From a virus (lineage: Duplodnaviria > Caudoviricetes), in the IMG/VR virus record IMGVR_UViG_3300044712_000264, positions 1,023 through 65,022 of that record: 64,000 nucleotides of DNA; one strand, 5' to 3'. Shown piece after piece: positions 29,346-40,600 of the stretch. Positions within the stretch are counted from its first letter, which is position 1. Each line of letters begins with the position of its first letter. The notes beneath the pieces were generated by a model. The model searched no databases. It saw nothing but the letters and a program-made list of their open reading frames with translations, and had not been told where the DNA came from. The translations under genes were made by a program, and so were the position numbers.

Positions 29346-31679
29346 ATGACTTGCAAACCTAAACACATGACACTGCGGGCTTTTAACGGGTTCGGCATGC
29401 CTGGGTATGCCCCACAGGATGACCCCCTGGCCAGGATGACTGCAGCCCGCAATTTTGACTGGTCTGCTCAGGACAGGAGCCGGGCGCAGGGGATGCAGGA
29501 CACTCAGTTTGCCTCGTCCCTGCAGGATAAGGCACTGGAGCGCCAGTACCGTGCTCAGCGGGAGCAGCGCATCGCCGCTGACTTCAACCGGGCGCAGAAT
29601 AGCTTGACCCGACCAATGACGCCCATGACGCCTTACCAGCTGCGCAACGGCGGGGAGATCCACGCGAATGCCGGGTTCGTGATGGGCGGTTTCGCTGAGA
29701 AGGCCAACGGCATCAAGTGGCTGTCGCCACGCGATCAGATGGACTATCAGGCCAAGATGGCGCAGGTCGATGCTGACCTGGAGCTGAAGAATGCGCGGGC
29801 GGCTCAGATGATGCCGCCAGGCGTCGACACCCAGCTGAAGCCCGTAGGGTATGGGCTGCGGCCAGTGGGTTTGCGCAACGGCGGCGAGATTCACGCAGCC
29901 AAGGGCGGACTGTGGGGTGCCATCAAGGGTGCCGTGGGCATGGGCGAGTCAGACGAGGCGTTCGCTGCCAGAAAAGCAGCGGCAGAGAAAGCAGCAGCGC
30001 AGGCCAAGCAGCAGCAACCGAACACAATGCCAGATGTGCGCCGTGGTCTTGATGGCCAAGGTGGTAACAGCATCGAGAACCGGCTAAAGGCAGCGGGGGC
30101 TGTGAACGGTGGCACCCTACAGACTGGCAAAGGCGGCGAGGTTCCAGGCAAAGGCAAAGGCGACAAGATTCCTGCACTCTACGAGCCGCATGAGTTCGTG
30201 GTGAGCAATGACATGCTGGCCGCTGATCCTGCGCTGTTGCCACACCTGCGCGAGTTGCGCAAAGCTGTACTGGCGAAAAAGGGTATGACACCGGAGCAGG
30301 CCGACGCGAAGGCTATCCACATGGATTCAGAAGGCCCAGGTGACATGATGGGGTCCAAGGACGAGAAAGAGCCGAAGGCGGTGAAGCGGGGGTTTGGGAT
30401 TAGGGCGGAGGACAGTTTTTTTGGCCCTGACTTCTTTGGCAGTGACAAAGCGAATAAACGATTGGTAGAAGGACTGGCCGCCCAGCAAGCAGCCAAAGAT
30501 GCGGAAGCCAACAGGGCATTTGTCGATGCCAAAGGAAGTCCACGCATTGGTTTAGACAAATGGATTGGTGTTACGAATGGGTATAAAGAGGTTACACCGA
30601 AGGCTGATAGCGCCCCACCAGAGAGTGGGGACGGTGGCTCGCGTGACAGACAACGCTCTGGAGCAAATCCCGCAACCAACGCAAACTACAGCAACGAAGG
30701 CCGGAGCATCCCTGCGCCTCCTGTTACAAAGCCATCCGCCAAAGATACGCCCGCCGTGCTGCAAGGCGCAACAGGCCAGAACGTAGGCTTTGGCGTCACG
30801 CGCTTCAACGCGCCCGGCCAGTCGCCGTTGTTCACCAACATGACGGACGCAGCGGGTATGGCCAGCAATGAGGCGTTAATCAGCCGCAAGCCGCAGAGCG
30901 ATCAGGATCGAATTGCAACAGACAACCTTGTGGCACGCGGTAATGCAAGGATGGATGCAGAAGCGCGCATGGCGCAACGTCAGGCAGAGTTGCAGGCTGA
31001 ATACCAGCAGGGGCAGGTTGATAATAGGGCGATAGACAGCCGCGCACGGCAAACTGAACTGGCTAAAGAAATCGAAAATCTCAATACACACCTTAGCAGT
31101 CGAAGCCTGACACCAGAGGAATACCGCAGGGGTGAGAAGCAATTGGAGTTGCTGCAAACAGCTCGATTGAATGAGGGCGCGGGCTTCGGTTTGCATGAGA
31201 CCCAGCTTGCAACAAACGCTGCAACCAATGCTACAAACTTCGGCATCCATGCTGCGGATAACCAAGCGCGATTGCAAGGCGAGAGCATGAAGTTGGCTCA
31301 GACTGCGCCCGGTGAAGCGTTGAAGAATCAATTGACCCAGCAGCTTGTCAACGCTCAAGCGCAATACGCTTTAGCCAAAACGCCAGAAGAAAAAGCAGCA
31401 GCCGAGCACATGTTACGTGCAGCACAGGGTAAATGGGATGCGTTCAAACCATCTGTTGTGCCTCTAGCAGACAAGATGGCCCCTGATGGCTTCACAAAAT
31501 TAAATGGTGGGTCTACGCTTTATGTCCCTGCTGCAGATGGTGGAGTAGGTCGTTTTGTTTCACCTTCTCAGTCGGAAGCACAGAGCGCTGGTACACAGGA
31601 ACGAGTTGTCGGGCAAATATACGTGGATGCAAAAGGCAACCGCGCCAAATGGGATGGCAAGAACTTTGTCCCAGCTTAA
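29346..31679 (+). CDS. Internal virion/DNA ejection protein
   Basis: AGGAG SD; two LRNGGEIHA repeats; GGEVPGKGKGDKIPA..HEFVV motif; precedes the giant protein. Confidence 0.65.
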   Translation: MTCKPKHMTLRAFNGFGMPGYAPQDDPLARMTAARNFDWSAQDRSRAQGMQDTQFASSLQDKALERQYRAQREQRIAADFNRAQNSLTRPMTPMTPYQLRNGGEIHANAGFVMGGFAEKANGIKWLSPRDQMDYQAKMAQVDADLELKNARAAQMMPPGVDTQLKPVGYGLRPVGLRNGGEIHAAKGGLWGAIKGAVGMGESDEAFAARKAAAEKAAAQAKQQQPNTMPDVRRGLDGQGGNSIENRLKAAGAVNGGTLQTGKGGEVPGKGKGDKIPALYEPHEFVVSNDMLAADPALLPHLRELRKAVLAKKGMTPEQADAKAIHMDSEGPGDMMGSKDEKEPKAVKRGFGIRAEDSFFGPDFFGSDKANKRLVEGLAAQQAAKDAEANRAFVDAKGSPRIGLDKWIGVTNGYKEVTPKADSAPPESGDGGSRDRQRSGANPATNANYSNEGRSIPAPPVTKPSAKDTPAVLQGATGQNVGFGVTRFNAPGQSPLFTNMTDAAGMASNEALISRKPQSDQDRIATDNLVARGNARMDAEARMAQRQAELQAEYQQGQVDNRAIDSRARQTELAKEIENLNTHLSSRSLTPEEYRRGEKQLELLQTARLNEGAGFGLHETQLATNAATNATNFGIHAADNQARLQGESMKLAQTAPGEALKNQLTQQLVNAQAQYALAKTPEEKAAAEHMLRAAQGKWDAFKPSVVPLADKMAPDGFTKLNGGSTLYVPAADGGVGRFVSPSQSEAQSAGTQERVVGQIYVDAKGNRAKWDGKNFVPA

Positions 31680-31691
31680 CTGGAGTCACAG

Positions 31692-34600
31692 ATGGCTTTT
31701 GAATTTGATAGCAGTACAGCGCAAGCAGAAAATACGTTTGATTGGGCTACTGCAGTTCCATACGAGTCACCAAAACCACCATCTCTAACAGACCGTCTTG
31801 GCTTTGGCATCCGCAACACCATAGACTATGGCCGCATCGCTGCAACCAATGACAAAGACGAGATAGCTGGAATCGTTGCTGATGTTGATAGCAGACGCAC
31901 AGCACCTACGCATGAACAGGTGCAGATGCAGAAGGAATACGACCCATACCGCCAGCGCGCAAACGAAGCGGATGGCGTAGTCGATACGACGCTTGCATAC
32001 GGGTCTGCTGCTGCTAAACGGTTGGGACAATTTGCGCAGCACCCACGTGAATTTGCGGGGATGATTGCCGAGAATCTGCCCAATTCAGCGCCAGGTATGG
32101 CTGCAGGTCTCGCCGGTGCGGCATTAGGCTCTCAGGTATTACCTGGATGGGGAACGGCAGTAGGTGGCGTTGTAGGAGGCACTGCTGGCGGATATGCGGT
32201 TGAGCAAGGTTCCTCCATGCTTGAGCAAATCCAAAAAGAGGCTCAAGCACGGGGCATCAACCCACAAGACAAGGCCGCAATGTCGGCCATGATCGGGGAG
32301 AAATACTCCGAATTCTTGCCAGCTTCACAGCGCAAAGGTGTCGGCACAGCAGGGACAGACGCACTACTCAACACCTTGACAATGGGTGTTGCTGGGGCAG
32401 GTGAGCGAGTCCTTGCAAAAGAAGCCAGAGCACTTGCCGAAGGCGTAAAAGACGGTTCTATCAGCGCAACAAAAGCCGCTGAAATATCGGCTGACATTTC
32501 AGCGCGTAACGCTGCAATGAATACGCTTGGTGCCAAGACACTACGCGGAGCAGGCATCACCGGCAGTGAGATGGCTGGAGAAGGCTTGTCTGAGGCCGCA
32601 GGGCAGAAGTACGCCTATGGGAATGTCGATGCTGGCGACGTGATTGATGAATCCTTGCTTGGCTTAGGTCAAGGTGTCGGCATGGCAGCTGGGCATAAGG
32701 CGATTGATAGGGTTACTGGTGCATCGGATAGCAACCAGATTGACGATTACCTAAAAGCTACTGCACCTCAACAACAAGAAACACCCCCAGATCAACCTCC
32801 CCTGATTGGCTCAAACCCGGATGCAGGGGCAATGGTTGTATTCAAAGACGGTACAACCGCATATCGTTCTGACTTTGAAAACGCTCTTGCTGCAATGCCA
32901 GAAGATGAGCGTGCAGCAACCATGGCGCGCGTCATGGGGTATGCGCCACAGTCAGCGAACCCGGATGAATCGGCGATCAACCCGGACGACCCGGCTATAC
33001 CGCCCCAACAGACAAAATCAGAGGCAATGGGGCTGGTCCCCACTGATGCTCCGTCCATCACCAATGCCGCAATCGCCGCCGTTGAAACTGGCGCGCATGA
33101 CATCGAGCAAGAGAATGCCGCACAAGAGCAAGCGTCAACACTTGAACAGGCTGCGCATGCAACCAAAGTCGAAGCGCCAAAGGTTGACCAGAAGAATATC
33201 GCTATCGAGATAGCCAAGTCTTTGCGCGAGGGAATTGCAGCAGACGCGCAAGCCGGAGTAATCCGCCCGCCACAAGAACAAGAGCGTTCAATGCTGCTTG
33301 GATTGCTTGATGTACAAGATGGCGGCAACCTCAGCAACCAGGAACTTGAGAGCAGGCTATCCGCCAAACAACGAAAGGATTTTGAGTGGCTGCAAAACTT
33401 TTCAGCCAGCGAAAGTATCGCAACGGCACGGCGCAATGCGCAACAACAGCCGACAACGCAATCAGATTTACCCACCACGCCAACTACAGGAGAAACCTAT
33501 GGCAACCAAAACCCCAGTACCCAGCAAAAAATCAGCTCCCAGCAAAGCCCCGGCCAAGATGCCAATGCAGATGCCCAAGGGCAAAAAGGGCTGCTAAACC
33601 CGCAGACTCTTGCGCAACACCCCTACTCCACCAACTCGGGGGATGCTCAAAACAATGATCAAACCACCCAAGCCATCGCGCCAGAAGCGCAACAACCGGC
33701 CCAGCAGCCCGGCGCCAAGCCTACCCCAGCGCCCCTGAGCGTGCCGGATAGGCTTCGGGCACAGAGGGAGCAGCTATCTGCTCCCGCCCTGCCATCTATC
33801 AATCTTCCGAAGGACGAGCGCCAACGCCAGCAGGCGCTCAAGGGAGAATTGCGAGACAGACTCGGACTAACCCCAGGCCAAACCCAAGCCGCCCCGAAGC
33901 GTAGTCCGTTCAAAGAATTCATTGTTGCCAACGGTATCAGCGACTCACCCGCCGACGTAGTTGGCGAAAGCAACGCATTCCGGGCAAACAATATCCTGCC
34001 GCGTGCATTCCGCAAGAACGGGTTAAGCCTGGACGCACTGGCCGAGAGAGCGGTTCAAGCCGGGTACATCACCCAGGACGATCTTGATGCAGGGAACGCG
34101 CATACTGTGCTGGCATCCATGATCCAGGACGAGGTTGCAGGGCGCAAGGTGCATCTCCCGATGAACATGCAGACGGATGATGCTGCGGCAAAAATGGAAT
34201 CGTACCGGCGCGCAGAGATGGAGGATGCGGCGGATAAGTATGGTTTGCCATACGACCAGTACACGCGCACAGACAATTTGGCGAGCATGGTCCGCCGTGT
34301 TCAAACCAGACTTGAACAACCAGACCCCACCGGCCTACTGAAACCAGAGCGCATCTTGCGCAATGCCCAAGATGCAGTAGCACGCATCGAGCGCAAACGC
34401 GCCCAAGAATCGGAGCGTTATCAACAGTTCGCAAAGCTGACTTCCAACGAGCAGGATGCTGCAATCGACGTGCTGACCGGCGACAATGGGCATCCAATAT
34501 TTGCGCGTCGTGCTGACCTTGATGCACACGCCGCATGGCACCAGGCACAGCAACAATGGAGCGACTTATATGGCGAAGCCTACACCCCCGACAATGCCGA

Positions 34601-37600
34601 ACAACAGAGTGTCGGAAAAGATCAAGCACCTACCGCTGGAATCACAGAAGCGAGTCCTGGAAGCGCTCAAGGAAATGATACCGCAGCACAACCGGGAAGC
34701 GCTCCAGTTCAAGATGGAACAGGCCAAGACCAGCAAGAGCAAACCTTCGGACTGACCAGCCCGAACCGCTCAGATGTTCTGACGCAGCAGGCAGCGATTG
34801 AGGCCGAAGCAGCACGCAAAGAACAGGGCGGCGATAAACCTATCACGCGCAAGGTGACTGCGGATCAGGTTGACTTGTTCAATCCTCAAGGTGGATTGTT
34901 TGATGCGCCGGCAGATGATCCTGCCCCGCCACCAACCAATCTCAAGGAAGGATTGGAGAGGATAAGGGCGAAGAATGCGCCCGCAGAAAAATTACCAGCA
35001 GGCTGGACAGAAAGCGCGCCAGGGCGACTCGCAACAAACGAAGACCCCGCAACAGGCGGCATAGTGGATACCGCAATAGGGACCGGCAAGTGGTTTGCAA
35101 TCAGCAATGAAACCAATGGACGGATACCTGGAGATTTCAATACAAGGGCAGAAGCTATTGCTGCACTCGGGACGCAGGATAAGACAGGTAGCACGACAGA
35201 CGCAACCGACTTAAACGCCATGTTTGACGATGTTTTGTCAGAAGAACTGGCAAGGCGTCAACCGGCAGAATCACCTAAGAGTGTTCCTGAAAAGATACGT
35301 GCAGCAAGAGCAAAGCGCAAGCAAGGCCCACGCACAGCCACCCAGGCCACAGTAAGCGCTGTAAAGAATACCGCATCGGCACTGAACAACGCAATCGACG
35401 GACTGGGCGCATTATTTGGCGGAAATACTAGCGGAAGGCTTGGTTCTGGTCTATCCTTTGACGAGGACACATACGCAAAGGCCAAGCCGCTATTCCAAGC
35501 TGCTATTGCCAATCTGGCAGACGCAGGCAGTGACATCAAGGAAGCCATGCGCGCCATTGTGAAGATGGTGTTAGACAAGTTTGGGAGTGCTGCTGCGCAA
35601 AATATGAAACCGTATGTTGTGCGGTTCATTCAAGATGTGCAAAGCGGAAACGATGCAGCGACAACCGATAATCATGGCAACGGAGTATCAAATGTACCAA
35701 GTACCGACAATAGTGTGGAACGAAATAGCGCAGTCGCAAGCGCTGAGCGAACCGTGGGGTACGCTATTCAGGATGACGCAGGAGGAACTACCGTCCGGCC
35801 TGGAGAAGCTGGTGGACGAACCACTGGAAGCACAGGGCGCGGACAACAGGACGGTGATAGCGTACCGACTGGTAGCACCACTGCTACAGGAGAACGAGGC
35901 AATCAGCGACTACATCATGTTGGTGGACAATCCGAGCTTACGAGCATCGTTACCGGAGCTGACTTCAGTGAACGAGGCGGTGATTCTGGCATCACAGGAG
36001 TACCTCCTGAACCCATCTCAACAAGCCAAGTTGACGCAGCTGCTGACCAAAGCCATACAGGGTTAAAAGCTGGGATTGAGCGCGCACGCGCCAATAAAGT
36101 CCCGGTAACAACGGGCGACATCGATAACATCCGAGCCACGTTACCCCAGCTACTACCCGGCCAGCAAGAAGATGTAAAACTGGCAGAAACACGCTTTGCC
36201 AAGGTTGACGGCTACGGAATGCTGTTTACCAATGGGACTGGTACAGGCAAGACATTTTCAGGTCTTGGAGTTATAAAGCGGTTTGCATTGCAAGGCAAGA
36301 ACAACACGCTGATCGTTGCGCCAGATAACAAAATTGGAACCGACTGGATAGATGCAGGCAAGCGGCTTGGCCTGGATATAACCTTGCTGAAAGACACCAA
36401 GGACTCAGGCAAGGGTATTGTCATCACGACTTACGCCAACCTTGGAGAGAACGATACTCTGGCAAGTCGCAAGTGGGATTTGGTTGTATCAGATGAGGCG
36501 CACTCGCTCATGCAAGCGGCGAACGGTGAGCCGACAAGCTACCTGTACAACCTGCGCGCTATCACCAATCACCCGGACGGCGCACATACCCGCTTCAACA
36601 TGCTGCACCGTGCGGAACTTGATCGAGCCACAGCACTTGGCAAGGGAATAGAAGAAATCGAACGCGACATGTCAGCATCGGACACAACCGATATGCGCCG
36701 TTCCTCACTCGAAGCCAAGAGCGAAAAGATGCAATCTGAGCTTGGTGATTTGCGTAAAAAACTCGATGCCGCCAAGGCCAAAGTACTGGCAGAAGTTAAA
36801 GCCAGCCAGGGTGCAGGCCGCACACGACTGGTCGCACTATCTGCTACGCCCTTCGCCTACGAAAAAACAATCGACTGGGCCAACGGCTACCTGTTTGACT
36901 ACAACGAAGGGCAGGCAAGCGAAGAAGGATCATTCCGAGGCTACAACGCGGGCAGCAACAAAGACCGCTACATGATGCAGCACTTCGGTTACTCGATGCG
37001 CTACAACAAACTCACACAGCCTGATTCAAAGGTGGATCGCGGACTGATGCAGCGCCAGTGGAATGCCAGCCTGAAAAAGTCGGGCGCATTGTCGGGCCGG
37101 ATGCTTGAGGTGAAACCCGACTATGACAGGCGCTTCATTTTGGTGGAATCAGCCATTGGCAACCGCATTGACGAAGCGCTGGATTGGATCAGCGAGCAAC
37201 GACAGGCAGAAAAAGGCCAAGGCCCATATTCCGATCTTGGAGATGCGATCAATGAGCAATTCAAGTACCTGCAAAAACGCTATCTACTGGAGGCGATCAA
37301 GGCCACTGAGGTAATTCCGATTGTGAAGCAGCACCTCGCAATGGGACGCAAGGTAGTGGTGTTCCACGATTACAAGAAGGGTGGAGGCTTCAATCCGTTT
37401 CGTGTCAATACGGCGGTGAAGTCGGACATGGCCGCTGCAGTGCGGGAGTTCGAAGCAAAGTTCAAGGACTTGGTGAATGCGCCGCTTGGTTCTATGCCTT
37501 CGCCCATTGAGGTATTCAGCCGGGAATTACCACAGACTCTGTTGATAAATGGCGACGAAAAGCAAGCTGATTTACTCAAGCGCTACAAGTCGTTCCAAGA

Positions 37601-40600
37601 CGATGCCAATGGGCCGCAGGTCATGCTGGTGCAGTCTGCCAAGAACAAAGGCTGGAGTGGGCACGACACCACAGGCAAGCATCAGCGTGTGCTAATCAAC
37701 CTGGGGCAACCCACAGCCCCCACACTGGCGATACAGCAAGAGGGTCGAATCTACCGCACAGGGCAAGCATCAGACGCGATCATGCGCTACATGAACACCG
37801 GTACCAACTGGGAGCGCTGGACGTTTGCAACCACCATTGCAGGGCGGGCAAGTACCGCCGAGAACCTTGGCATGGGAGAGATGGCGCGCGCGCTCAAAGA
37901 CTCGTTCATCCAGTCGTTTGAAGAATCAGACGCTTACCCGCCAGGGCATGAAAACGAGGGCAAAGGCGGAAAGGAGCGAGACAAAGCCGCTAATGATGCG
38001 ATCACCGAGTACGACCGGGCAAAGACCTTCTACTTCGGGCAACAGAAAAAGAACAGCAAAACCAAAGCGCAAGAGGGTGCCGACTACTTCGCCACGCCTG
38101 AGCCTATCGGCCTGAAAATGGCGCAATGGCTGGATGCGCGAGGCGGTGAGGATGTTCTTGAACCAAGCGCAGGGCATGGAGCAATTGCACGATGGATACC
38201 AGACAACACCAGCCGTACCGCAATTGAGCCAAGCCTGACGCTGCGCTCACGCATGGCAATGGTGATGAATCCTACCGAGGATCGCATTATTGATGGTACG
38301 TTTGAAGATCACCACGTTGGAAACAAGTACGACGGCATTGCGATGAATCCGCCATTTGGATCAGGCGGGAAGACGGCCATTGACCATCTGGCAAAAGCTG
38401 CGACCCACTTGCGAGACGGTGGACGCATTGTTGCGCTGATACCCACCGGGCCAGCAGCAGATAAGAAGTTTGATAAGTGGTTTTATGACAAGAGCGAGAG
38501 GCCGGTCAAGCCACTATTCAAGTCTGATGCGGGCGATGTTCGTAAGGGCGATACGGTCTATGTCTACGATGAATATCAGAAGAAAGAACGGCCTTTTATT
38601 GTTGGGTCGTATGACTCAAAGAACAACCTCTTCTTTGACGTTGGTAGAACAATCGGATGGGGCACGCACGAAGTTCGTAGGGTTGAGCGCACAGGCACGC
38701 AAACCGAGTCATTCAACGCCGCAGAAGGCTTGCAGTTGGTTGCCAACATCAAACTGCCACAAGTTGCATTTGAACGCGCTGGAACGTCAGTAGCTACGCG
38801 CATTGTGGTTCTTGAGAAAGGTGGCGCAAATGTGATGCAGCGTGACCGGGATTACTCGGGTATCACGGACATCAACGAACTGTTCGACAAACTTGAGCAC
38901 CTGGACTTTGCAGCCAGAACCAAGCCGGTAGAAGCTGCGCCTGTTGAAGCTACAAAGGCTGAAAAGCCAGCAACAGCACCCAAGCCCGCAAAGTCAGCCG
39001 CCAATGAAGGAGACGAAGTTTCTATCAACGGCAAGAAGTACGAAATCCAGATTTACACCACCAACGTAGGCAAGGCGAAGCGCGGTATTTGGATGGACTC
39101 AAAAACAGAGGCCAGCAAGTACAGCGCCCGCACATTCACGCACAGCTCCAACAAGGGCAAGTGGTTTGTTGATGAATACTGGTTCCCGAAGGATTCTGAG
39201 ATCATCAAACCATCCACACAACAATCCCACATCAGCAACGGCGACTCCAGCTACGAAGAGACTGCCAAGGTGCAAGCTGGCATCGAGGGCAAAAGCCTTA
39301 TTGACGCAGCTCGATTCATTGAGCAAACAGGCACACCAGCACAGGCCGAGATTGCAAAGCAAGTCATCTCCAAACTGGAGCGATTACAGGCCAGTAGTGT
39401 CAAACTGGAATTGATCGTTGCGCATCGTGGCGACCAGGTTCCTGCACAAATGGGTAAGTCCAGGGGGTACACAGAATCCGGGTTTGACAACAAAGGCCGC
39501 GATATTACTGTGTGGGTAGCTGGTGCCGATGTGACTGGCCGGGTAGGGACGGATTACGAAACGGTGCTGCATGAGATGGTACACGCTGCGACGATGGGCG
39601 TTGTTCAGTTCGGTAGAACAAATCCCAATTCTTTGGCCGGTAAGCATGTCCGGGATCTGTCCGCCGTAACGAGCGCTATATCCAGCCACATCATCGACAG
39701 GTTCGCCCAGGCCGACAGCGGCAAAACAGAATTGACCGAGTTTGAAAAGGATGTGCGAGCTGGGGCAAACAACGCCTTCCGTGGTATTGACGAGGTGCTT
39801 TCATGGGCTTTGACAAGTCCTCAAGCACAGTCATATCTTGAAGGGATACCATACAAAAACCAGAACCTGTGGACCAAGTTGGTGCAGGCGATTCGCACTC
39901 TGCTTGGCCTTTCGCCAACAGCAGACACGGCCTTGTCAGAAGTCTTGCGCGTTGCTGAAAACCTGATGGCATCCGATCTGAACGACCACGCTATGCAGGC
40001 ATTTTGGCACAAGCGAGGGATAGGGATGAGCACCATTCAGGCGGCAGGCTCCATTGTCCTGCCAAAGAAAAACGGGCCGAAATCCCTAATCACAAACCAA
40101 GCCCTGCCAACAACATGGCAAGCACCAGATGCCACCAAGATGGACGACTTCATCTACTCGATGCAGGACAAGAACATCGACACGCGACGAGTCATTGACA
40201 CCATCAACCAGACCATAGGGGCCATCAATGAGCAGCAAAACCCGTACCTGCAGGAAGAGTTGTACCACGGGCGCGCAGCCATGGCCACCAAGGAGTTCTT
40301 GGAGAAGCAGGTGCGCCCGTTGTTGGTTGAACTGCGCACACGCGGCATAACGATGGAGGACTTGGAAGCGTATCTGCACAATCGACACGCCGAAGCGCGC
40401 AACATCCAGGCGGCGAAGATCAATCCCGACAACCAAGACATGCAGGACGGCGGCAGCGGCATCAAGACTGCCGATGCTCGCGCCTACCTTGCTGCATTGA
40501 CCCCTGCGCAAACCACGGCATTCAAGTCGCTGGCGGCCAAGGTTGAGAAGATCACCCAATCCACCCGTGAGTTGCTGGTTTCCAGCGGTCTTGAAAAGCA

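Noticed and set aside
27496-31679. Siphovirus tape-measure and tail-chaperone frameshift
   Set aside because: No recognisable tail tube, sheath or chaperone pair; portal and ejection-protein layout fit a podovirus
33643-33738. Fourth nested +1 ORF in the giant gene
   Set aside because: Same frame as the others but SD spacing is poor and the peptide uninformative; unsupported
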